A stretch of DNA of 64,000 nucleotides from Desulfomicrobium sp. (GTDB lineage Bacteria > Desulfobacterota > Desulfovibrionia > Desulfovibrionales > Desulfomicrobiaceae). Position 1 is the first letter of the stretch. Each line of letters starts with the position of its first letter. A program made the position numbers and the translations under genes. The stretch covers positions 1,632,001 to 1,696,000 of the forward strand of contig JAXGMI010000001.1 in NCBI GenBank assembly GCA_040768745.1. Direction: 5' to 3'. Under the pieces are notes generated by a model. The model saw nothing but the letters and a program-made list of their open reading frames with translations. It was not told the DNA's origin and made no database searches. This document shows, piece by piece, positions 39,122 to 46,553 of the stretch.

Positions 39122-40809
39122 GCCAGGTTCTCGGCAGGTTGAGGGAAGAAGAGGGAAACAGTCGTTCCCTGGTTTGGGGTTGATGCAATGGACACTGAAC
39201 CGCCATGCTCCTGCATGATGCCGTGGACAATAGCGAGGCCTAAACCCGTTCCGTGATCACGAGTGGTGAAAAAGGGTTCCAGGGCGTGTTCCTGTTCTGC
39301 AGGGGTCATGCCGCGACCATTGTCCTGAACCCGAATCCACACACCGTGGGCACCAGACTCGCTGGTCAGCCGGATCAAGCCCCCAGCCTTCGGGATGGCT
39401 TCCAGGCTGTTTACGATCAGGTTGATAAGGGCCTGCTTGAGTGCATCACGGTCTGCATGCAGCGATCCTGCCTCCAGGTTTTCCTCCAGGCGGCATTGTT
39501 TGGTCTCCAGGTCCATACCCAGAAGGGTGCGCAATTCCCGGAGAATATCCGAAAGAGTGAGGAAGTTACAAGACAATTGGCGGGGCTTGGCCAGGAAAAG
39601 GAGGTCCGTGATGACTCGATTCAGGCGGTCAGCCTCCTGAACCATAGTCCGGGCGTAGAGCTCTTCCGGGTCTCGGCCGGCCAGTTTCTTGGAGAAGAAT
39701 TGGGCGAACCCCCGCAATGCCGAGAGGGGGTTGCGGATCTCGTGGGCCACTCCCGCGGCCATGCGGCCGATGGCGGCCAGTTTTTCATTGCGATGCAGCT
39801 CCTGCTCCAGACCGGCCAACTCGGTCCGGTCGCGGATGAGGATGAGCCCTTGCCCGGAACCGTCCTTGAGCGGAAGACGGAGGATCTCCAAGTTCTTGCC
39901 CGCTGTCGTGCATGTGCTCCACTCCTGTTCTCCTTGTGGGGGAAGGTTCAGTCCCAAGGAGCAGAAAAGGCGGGCAAAGGGCTGTCCGATGACATCCTGT
40001 CCCTCCAGAAGCATCAAGGCCGCAGGATTGGCAGCCATGACAGTGCCGTCAGCGGAAATGGTCAGCAGGCCGTCGGGCATGTTGTCCAGGAGACGGGCGT
40101 TGAAGGATTCCAGACGCTGCAATCGTCGGCCCTGGTCCTTTCGCTGCATGAAGCTCATGAACAGAATCCAGAACACAATGGTCACAGCCAAAATATAGCC
40201 GGTTTGCAGGATGGCTGTGCGCTTGTACTTGCTGAATGAGGCGAGATGTTGGGTCATATCCACGCCAATGAGCAGCAGTGGAGGCTGGCTGTCCGGTGGA
40301 CATTGGCCATCCGTGCATTGGCCGCCCACGGCCAAGTGGCTGATCCGACCCAGAACCAAGATGGGCTGACCTTCGAAATTCATCTCCCCGCTCCATTCCC
40401 CTGCATTGCCCATGCGTTCCCAGGCGATGGTTGGCAACTGAAGTTGAATGGATCTGGGATCGTTGTGCGAGGAAAAGAGGATGTGCCCCAGGGGATTGAA
40501 GAGGCCGATAAACCGGGCGTCGGTACGGGTGATGTATTCCTGCAGGAGGTCTTTGATCTGGTTCCGATGCATGAGCAGAGCCGCGTGGGAATGTGCCGCC
40601 GCAGCGGGCAGGTGCAGTTCCCGGCGCAGGTTGATCTCCATCCCGGCAGCGATAGAACGGGCGGTAACGAGGGCGTGTTCGCGAAAGGAGTCCTGCTGCT
40701 GACGCAAATTACGCCAGGTGGAGAAGCTGAGAGCTATGCCCAGGACAAATACGGCCAACGTGGCGACCAAGATCGTCGGGCCGCTTCGATCAGGAATGAC
40801 GACATCCAT
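39118..40809 (-). CDS. Sensor histidine kinase (ZraS-like)
   Basis: Two TM helices, PAS-like segment, AHEIRNPL H-box, N box, DNGRG, PFFTT, GTGLGL. Confidence 0.9.
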   Translation of the reverse strand: MDVVIPDRSGPTILVATLAVFVLGIALSFSTWRNLRQQQDSFREHALVTARSIAAGMEINLRRELHLPAAAAHSHAALLMHRNQIKDLLQEYITRTDARFIGLFNPLGHILFSSHNDPRSIQLQLPTIAWERMGNAGEWSGEMNFEGQPILVLGRISHLAVGGQCTDGQCPPDSQPPLLLIGVDMTQHLASFSKYKRTAILQTGYILAVTIVFWILFMSFMQRKDQGRRLQRLESFNARLLDNMPDGLLTISADGTVMAANPAALMLLEGQDVIGQPFARLFCSLGLNLPPQGEQEWSTCTTAGKNLEILRLPLKDGSGQGLILIRDRTELAGLEQELHRNEKLAAIGRMAAGVAHEIRNPLSALRGFAQFFSKKLAGRDPEELYARTMVQEADRLNRVITDLLFLAKPRQLSCNFLTLSDILRELRTLLGMDLETKQCRLEENLEAGSLHADRDALKQALINLIVNSLEAIPKAGGLIRLTSESGAHGVWIRVQDNGRGMTPAEQEHALEPFFTTRDHGTGLGLAIVHGIMQEHGGSVSIASTPNQGTTVSLFFPQPAENLA

Positions 40810-40830
40810 GCCGGCCTCGTTGAGCAAAAG

Positions 40831-40858
40831 GGCAAAGGCCGCCGGAGCGGCCTTTGCC
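40831..40858 (-). terminator. Strong hairpin (terminator/attenuator) between zraP-like and zraS-like genes
   Basis: GGCAAAGGCCGC-CGGA-GCGGCCTTTGCC, followed on the minus strand by CTTTT. Confidence 0.65.
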
Positions 40859-40884
40859 TGTGCAAGGGAGGGGGAGAGAGGGAT

Positions 40885-41358
40885 TTACGTTCTTGAAGCG
40901 GACGGGCAACACGGGGCGGAACTGGTGCCGTTGCCAGCACCACTGGAGGTTGCTCTGCATTGTGGCCGTGGTCCGCAGCCTCTGCCGGATTCAAAAAGAA
41001 CAGGTTTCCCGGTGATCTCGGACAACTCCAGGCGGTAGTCGGCATTGAGCTTGTTCTTGTTCGCCTGCAGCTCGTTCACCTCGGCCATGATCTTGTCCAG
41101 GGACTTTTGGTCCACAGGTGTGCTGGCAAAGAGGTTTTCCATAGCCTGGTGCTTGGCGCTGAGCTCTTTGTGCAGGGCAAAAAGCCGTTCATGGTGAATG
41201 TCCGTGGCCTTCCGAACTTTTTCTTGCTGTTCCGGAGTCAGGCTGGACATGAAGTCCTGGTAGTGTCCCTGTCCCGGACAGCCGCCCTGGAAGGCCTGAG
41301 CTCCGGCTACAAGGGCCAGGGTCAGAACGAGGGCGGGTATGAGGTTCCTGAGGTACAT
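40885..41358 (-). CDS. Periplasmic heavy-metal sensor / ZraP-Spy-CpxP family protein
   Basis: Signal peptide ending AQA, LTPEQQ motif, helical-hairpin pattern; directly upstream of the kinase and regulator. Confidence 0.8.
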   Translation of the reverse strand: MYLRNLIPALVLTLALVAGAQAFQGGCPGQGHYQDFMSSLTPEQQEKVRKATDIHHERLFALHKELSAKHQAMENLFASTPVDQKSLDKIMAEVNELQANKNKLNADYRLELSEITGKPVLFESGRGCGPRPQCRATSSGAGNGTSSAPCCPSASRT

Positions 41359-41417
41359 GTGAGCTCCTGTCAATCACTTTGGAGAGAGGTTGTGTGCCTT
41401 TTGTTCATCACAGTTAT

Positions 41418-41434
41418 AGCATGCTCCATGCCAA
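41418..41434 (-). promoter_or_regulatory. Sigma54 promoter of the zraP-like operon
   Basis: Minus strand TTGGCAT-GGAGC-ATGCT (GG-N10-GC); upstream AT tract with IHF-like TTTCAACGTGTTG. Confidence 0.7.
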
Positions 41435-41493
41435 TTTTTTCTATATTTTATTTCAACGTGTTGAATCTTGATTGAGCTGCGACGCATGGATTT

Positions 41494-41513
41494 ATGTGCT
41501 ATTTTTTGCACAT
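41494..41513. promoter_or_regulatory. Putative enhancer (UAS) palindrome for the sigma54 activator
   Basis: ATGTGC-TATTTTTT-GCACAT, 60-80 bp upstream of the sigma54 site. Confidence 0.55.
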
Positions 41514-41550
41514 ATTTCCGGATTGTGCAAGAGCGTGCGTCCACCCAGCC

Positions 41551-41577
41551 TTGCCTTTCCGGGGGAAAGTTTATAAT
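41551..41577 (+). promoter_or_regulatory. Putative sigma70 promoter of the His-rich peptide/cbiX unit with embedded palindrome
   Basis: Perfect TATAAT at 41572-41577; TTGCCT 15 nt upstream; CTTTCC-GGG-GGAAAG in between. Confidence 0.5.
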
Positions 41578-41625
41578 CTTAAAAAATTATGTTCGGCGTC
41601 TGCAAGCAGGCGCGAGGAGGCTCAG

Positions 41626-41793
41626 ATGTGCAAGGGATGCGGATGTCTGCGAGGCAAGACCACGGTCAAGGAAGTTCATCACGACCACGAACACAGCCAT
41701 GGGGATCTGACCCACAGTCACCCCCACGATCACGACCATGACCACACGCATGATGAAAACAGGCCTGTAGCGCACGAAGACCACAAGCATTGA
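41626..41793 (+). CDS. 55-aa CxxCGC / His-rich putative metal-binding peptide
   Basis: GAGGAGG RBS before ATG 41626; MCKGCGC N-terminus and 15 His in 55 residues. Confidence 0.8.
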   Translation: MCKGCGCLRGKTTVKEVHHDHEHSHGDLTHSHPHDHDHDHTHDENRPVAHEDHKH

Positions 41794-41844
41794 TTTGGTG
41801 GGGGGCTGCCCTCAAGGGCAGCCCGAGCTGTGGAGGACCGTCCC

Positions 41845-42249
41845 ATGACCAAGACGGGAATGATTGTGCTTGGGCACGGCAGCAGGCGCAGAGAAGTGGC
41901 GTCATCTTTCGAGGCCCTGGTCGGACGGGTGGCGGCCAGGGTGTCCGGAGCGCCGGTGCTTCCGGCTTTTTTCTCCTTAGGAGAACCGACCTTGGCCGAT
42001 CAGGTCCGAAAACTGACAGCTCAAGGGTGCAGTCGAATCGTCATCATGCAGTATTTTCTCTATAACGGGGTGCATATCGAGCACGATATCCCCAAAATGA
42101 TAGAGGGCCTCAAAGAAGAATTTCCCGGTGTTGCATTCGTGATTCAGCCAACGCTGGAAAACGACCCGGCCATGGAACAGCTGCTGGTGGAGAGACTGCT
42201 GACGGCCATGGACATGCAGGAGGAGAGCAGCCCTCCAGTGAAGACATAG
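41845..42249 (+). CDS. cbiX: Small single-domain CbiX/SirB-type sirohydrochlorin chelatase
   Basis: IVLGHGSRR and YFLYNGVHIEHDIP carry both chelatase His ligands; GGAGG RBS; 134 aa. Confidence 0.85.
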   Translation: MTKTGMIVLGHGSRRREVASSFEALVGRVAARVSGAPVLPAFFSLGEPTLADQVRKLTAQGCSRIVIMQYFLYNGVHIEHDIPKMIEGLKEEFPGVAFVIQPTLENDPAMEQLLVERLLTAMDMQEESSPPVKT

Positions 42250-42390
42250 CCAGCGCAGAAGGCTAAAGCCAGCGCAGAAGGCTAAAGCCAGCGCAGAAGG
42301 CTAAAGCCAGCGCAGAAGGCTAAAGCCAGCGCAGAAGGCTAAAGCCAGCGCAGAAGGCTAAAGCCAGCGCAGAAGGCTAAAGCCAGCGCA
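42248..42390. repeat. Perfect tandem array of AGCCAGCGCAGAAGGCTAA (19 bp x 7, plus 10 bp)
   Basis: Units start at 42248, 42267, 42286, 42305, 42324, 42343, 42362 and a partial at 42381; no mismatches, no spacers. Confidence 0.98.
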
Positions 42391-42394
42391 TACG

Positions 42395-42583
42395 TTATTT
42401 TTCGAGCACGGCGGCCTTGACCGCCTCAATCCCCACCCTGGCCACAAACTTGGCCGTACGCTCCTTTTTCTTGGCATTTTCTTTGTAGAAGGCCAGCAAC
42501 TTTCTAACCAATCCCAGGGTCTCATCCCTGTTCAGATTCGTGGCCAGGAGGTCGGCCACCCTGGCCTGGGCCCCTGCATTCAT
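42395..42583 (-). pseudogene. Probable C-terminal remnant of a nitrite/sulfite-reductase-domain protein
   Basis: NAGAQARVADLLATNL...KLLAFYKENAKKKERTAKFVARVGIEAVKAAV resembles the tail of NIR_SIR domains; the preceding GG and GC cofactor motifs are missing. Confidence 0.6.
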
Positions 42584-42720
42584 ATCCTCTGCATTTGTGG
42601 TTTGAACATTGACGCAGACCGTCTCATGCATTGAGACTGCCCTCGGGGGGTGCGCTGTGACATTGGCGGCCTCATCGCATGGCACAGGGCCTGACACAGT
42701 CTTTCCCGTCTGGCCCAGCA

Positions 42721-42761
42721 CAAGAACGGCAAATGCCTCGTGAGTGCATATGCCGTTCTTG
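42721..42761 (-). terminator. Long hairpin downstream of putA
   Basis: CAAGAACGGCA...TGCCGTTCTTG 11-bp perfect arms 23 nt beyond the putA stop; weak U tail. Confidence 0.55.
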
Positions 42762-42784
42762 TTGCGCTTGATGCATGGGGCCTG

Positions 42785-45700
42785 TCAGATGATCCAGTCG
42801 TCGTCAGCCTCGATGGGGGCGAATCCTCGACGCATGGTGTTCTCGCAGACAACGCGGGGATCCATGAACTGCAGCAGATAGTCGGGACCACCCGCCTTAG
42901 AGCCTATGCCGGACATGTTGAAGCCACCGAAGGGGTGACGCTCCACCAGGGCACCGGTGGAACCGCGGTTCAGATACAGGTTTCCGACATTGAATTCGGC
43001 GCGAGCCTTTTCCAGATTCCGGGGGCTGCGCGAGAACACTGAGCCGGTCAAGGCATAGCGGGTGGAATTGGCCCATTCCAGGGCCTGTTCAAAGTTTTTG
43101 GCCTTCATGACCGAGAGGATCGGTCCAAAGACTTCCTCCTGGGCGATGCGGTGCTCCGGGGTGATGCCCTCGACAATGGTCAGAGGGACGTAATACCCTC
43201 CCTCCGGGGCAGGAGTGCACACCAGGACGTTGCCTTCGCTCTTGCCAATTTCGATATACTTGAGGACGTTGGCCTTCGCCTTGTCGTCCACCACCGGTCC
43301 CATGAAAAAGGCCGGATCCTCGGCAGGGCCGATGGCCAGGGACTTGGCCCCTTCCAGCAGGCGCTCAGTGAATTTGGCGTAAATGGGCTCGACCACAATG
43401 ACCCTCGAGCATGCCGAACACTTCTGGCCCTGGAAGGCGAAGGCCGAATGCAGCACTTCCCTGATGGCCTCGTCCAGATCCGCATCGTCGTCAATGATGA
43501 TGGCATTCTTGCCGCCCAGTTCGGCGATGACCCTCTTGATCTGCTGTTGTCCAGGATGAACCACGGAAGCCCTGTTGATGATCCGGTGTCCGACTTCCAT
43601 GGAGCCGGTGAAGGCGATGAGCGCGATGTCCGGATGCTCCACCAGATAGTCGCCCATGACCGACCCGCGGCCGGGTACGTAATTGAACACGCCGGCGGGC
43701 AGCCCGGCCCTGCGGAAGATTTCGGACAGGGTGAACCCGACAACCGAGGACGGGCCGGCCGGTTTGTAGATGACCGGATTGCCTGTGACGATGGCCGCGG
43801 CACTCATGCCGCAGCTGATGGCCAGGGGAAAGTTCCAGGGGGCGATGACTGCGGCGATGCCCTTGGGCTGATAGATGAGCTGGTTCATTTCTCCAGGAGC
43901 CCGGCCCATGCGCTTGGGTTTGCCATAGCGCATCATCTCCCGGGCATAGTACTCCAGGAAGTCGATGGCCTCGGCCACGTCGGCCTGGGCCTGGTCAAGC
44001 TGCTTGCCCACCTCAAGGATCTGCCAGGCGGACAACGTGTAGATTTCCTTGCGGGCGATGGCTGCGGCCTTGAGCAGATATTCGGCCCTCTCTTCCGGGG
44101 ACAGGGCCTTCCATGCCGGTGCCGCCTTTTTGGCGGCCTCGATGGCCAGGTCGATCTCTTTCGTGGATGCTTGGCAAATGGTGCCGATGAGCTCGCTTGG
44201 ATTGGCTGGGTTGACGGAAGGCAAGGTGTCGGTTGTGCGCACTTCTTTGCCCCCGATGACAAGCGGGTATTCCTTGCCAAGCTGGGCACGCACTTCGGCA
44301 ATGGCGTCTGTGAAGGCCTGCCGCACGCTCGGCTTCGAGAAATCGGCGAAAGGCTCGTTTTCAAACTGGGGCAATCCCTTGGTTTCCTGGCGGGATCGTG
44401 GCTGGCGCTGGATCTTTTCGCGCTCCACGGTCAGGACCGGGTTTTCCAGCAGACGTTCTATCTCGGCTTCTTCGGCGAAGGACTGGCGCAGGAAGGACTC
44501 GTTGGCAGTGTTTTCCAGCAATCTGCGGACAAGGTAGGCCATGCCTGGCAGCAGATCGCCGTAGGGTGCATAGAGGCGCACCCGTCTGGCCACGTTCAGC
44601 AGGCCTTTGCGCACGGGCTCGGCCATGCCGTAAAGAACCTGGAACTCATAGCGATCCTCGGGCACATTCAAGGCCTTGGCCGTTTCCATGACTGCGGCAA
44701 TGGTGCGGATGTTATGGGATGCGCACCCGAAATGACAAATGTCGTGGTTTTCCAGGATCAGTCGGGCCTGCCGTTCGTACGCGGCGTCTGTTTCGGCCTT
44801 GATGGTCCAGACTGGAATGTCCCAGCCGTTCTGCTTGGCGATGACGGTTTCGTAGTCCCAGTAAGCCCCCTTGACCAGGCGAATGGAGACGGGCAACCCT
44901 TTGGCTCTGGACCATGCCAGAAGGTCTGCCAGATCCTGATCCGTATCCTTCAGATACGCCTGCAGCACGATGCCCAGGTGGGGATAATCCCTGAATTCAT
45001 CGCTTTCCCGCAGCCGGCGGAACACTTCCAGGGTGATCTCCTTGAACTTGTACTGCTCCATGTCGATACGCATGAACCCGTTCATTTCCTTGACCTTGCG
45101 CAGGATCGTTTCCAGTCGGTTCTGGATGCCCCGGACTGAACCTTCGAAATCCTTTGGTGAGGCCTGGGAAAAAAGGGCGGTGGGTTTGACGGAGATGTTG
45201 ACCCGAGGGGAGTGCCCCCAGTCCAGGTCCCTGCCTCCCAAAGCCGGCCACTTGGCGAATTCCGTGCTCAGCGCCCCAAGAAGCTCCATATATTCAGTAA
45301 GATAGGCGTCGGATTCAATTTCGCTGACCGTTGCTTCACCCAGGATATCCACGGTGAAGGCGAATCCATCCTTGCGGATCTTTTTGAGATTCTTGATGGC
45401 ATCGCCAGTGTTCTCCCCGATGATGAACTGTTTGGCCATGCCTTCGATGTTCGAGCGGATGGTCTTGGCCATGATGCCGGCAGCCAACTTGCCACCTAGA
45501 CCAGAGCCCATGGCTCCCGCGCCCCATTTGAGGACCTTGGGCACGTCCTGGTCATCCCCGGCAAAATATTCGTCTATATGGCGGGACAGCGATTCGGAAC
45601 TGTTCAGGTACGGGAGCACGTCCACGAAGCGGAAGAGCTGAATCTTGAAATTTTCGTTCTGCATGGACCAGTCCATGACTTTGCCGGTCCACCACCCCTT

Positions 45701-45790
45701 GTTGAAGATGGAAGGGGCCTCTCCGGAAATGCTGGCGAAGAACTCCTTGCCGCGGTCAGTGATTTTGTTGTCCAAATCCGAAAAGTTCAT
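42785..45790 (-). CDS. putA: Bifunctional proline dehydrogenase / L-glutamate-gamma-semialdehyde dehydrogenase
   Basis: DILGE, IDME, RLVKGAYWD, SHN, YLVRRLLENTAN; ALDH motifs PWNFP, FTGS, ELGGKN, GQKCSA, EEVFGP. Confidence 0.97.
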   Translation of the reverse strand: MNFSDLDNKITDRGKEFFASISGEAPSIFNKGWWTGKVMDWSMQNENFKIQLFRFVDVLPYLNSSESLSRHIDEYFAGDDQDVPKVLKWGAGAMGSGLGGKLAAGIMAKTIRSNIEGMAKQFIIGENTGDAIKNLKKIRKDGFAFTVDILGEATVSEIESDAYLTEYMELLGALSTEFAKWPALGGRDLDWGHSPRVNISVKPTALFSQASPKDFEGSVRGIQNRLETILRKVKEMNGFMRIDMEQYKFKEITLEVFRRLRESDEFRDYPHLGIVLQAYLKDTDQDLADLLAWSRAKGLPVSIRLVKGAYWDYETVIAKQNGWDIPVWTIKAETDAAYERQARLILENHDICHFGCASHNIRTIAAVMETAKALNVPEDRYEFQVLYGMAEPVRKGLLNVARRVRLYAPYGDLLPGMAYLVRRLLENTANESFLRQSFAEEAEIERLLENPVLTVEREKIQRQPRSRQETKGLPQFENEPFADFSKPSVRQAFTDAIAEVRAQLGKEYPLVIGGKEVRTTDTLPSVNPANPSELIGTICQASTKEIDLAIEAAKKAAPAWKALSPEERAEYLLKAAAIARKEIYTLSAWQILEVGKQLDQAQADVAEAIDFLEYYAREMMRYGKPKRMGRAPGEMNQLIYQPKGIAAVIAPWNFPLAISCGMSAAAIVTGNPVIYKPAGPSSVVGFTLSEIFRRAGLPAGVFNYVPGRGSVMGDYLVEHPDIALIAFTGSMEVGHRIINRASVVHPGQQQIKRVIAELGGKNAIIIDDDADLDEAIREVLHSAFAFQGQKCSACSRVIVVEPIYAKFTERLLEGAKSLAIGPAEDPAFFMGPVVDDKAKANVLKYIEIGKSEGNVLVCTPAPEGGYYVPLTIVEGITPEHRIAQEEVFGPILSVMKAKNFEQALEWANSTRYALTGSVFSRSPRNLEKARAEFNVGNLYLNRGSTGALVERHPFGGFNMSGIGSKAGGPDYLLQFMDPRVVCENTMRRGFAPIEADDDWII

Positions 45791-45809
45791 CTATCGCTCC
45801 TGAAAGGAT

Positions 45810-46295
45810 CTATTTGGGTGATTTTTTGGGTTGCCTGCATTTGACGAAATCCATGGACAGGGCCTGGGTTTCTTTCAGGGTGTCCAGGACCAGAGTGGTC
45901 CGGCTGTCCCGCACTCCTGGTATTTCACCGAATTTTTTCATCAAGATTGTCAGAGTATCTGTGCCGCTGACCCGGGCTTTGACCAGATAGTTGTATTCTC
46001 CGGCTGTCCAATGCACCTCCTGGACTTCCGGGAAGGCGGCAATCTGGCGGCCGATGTCAGAACTACCCACGGAATCAGAAGTCTTGATCTGGATGAAGGT
46101 GGAAAGGGAAATGCCCAAAGCCTTGGGATTCAGCCGGACCTCGAAGCCCTGGATGATGCCTTTCTGTTCCAGTTTCTTGACCCGTTCCAGGACTCCCGAA
46201 GGCGCCATGCCGATGAGTCGGGCCAGCTCAGCGTTTGAAATTTTTCCGTTTGATTGAAGAATATTCAAAATTTTGATGTCTGTTTTGTCTAACAT
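45810..46295 (-). CDS. Lrp/AsnC-family transcriptional regulator (PutR-like)
   Basis: LDKTDIKILNILQ...SNAELAR...ERVKKLE HTH; 19 nt upstream of putA. Confidence 0.9.
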   Translation of the reverse strand: MLDKTDIKILNILQSNGKISNAELARLIGMAPSGVLERVKKLEQKGIIQGFEVRLNPKALGISLSTFIQIKTSDSVGSSDIGRQIAAFPEVQEVHWTAGEYNYLVKARVSGTDTLTILMKKFGEIPGVRDSRTTLVLDTLKETQALSMDFVKCRQPKKSPK

Positions 46296-46318
46296 GTGTA
46301 TCACCTTTAATTTTTCAT

Positions 46319-46347
46319 AATATAATTCTAATAATTTTACACGTCAA
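46319..46347 (-). promoter_or_regulatory. Sigma70 promoter of lrp-putA
   Basis: Minus strand TTGACG-N17-TATATT with an AT-rich spacer. Confidence 0.7.
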
Positions 46348-46553
46348 CGAAGATCGTATATAAAAGAGAATCCGGGATCTGCAAAGTTGTGTGACCCCAA
46401 GGGCGAAGGAAGTGGCGCGGTGATTTGCCTGGGCAGGGTTGTTTTGTGTTCTGCAGCAGAACAGAAACGTTTGCCGAGGCGGCGAAGGGCAGCCGGGGCA
46501 TTGTCAGGAAGAGGAGGTGCGGAGGTCGGGCAAGGGCGGCATGAACCGTCCGA

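Noticed and set aside
42248..42390. CRISPR array
   Set aside because: Units are contiguous 19-mers with no unique spacers, and there are no cas genes in the window.
43151..45139. 662-aa plus-strand ORF
   Set aside because: Antisense shadow of putA caused by GC-rich codon bias; no recognisable motifs.
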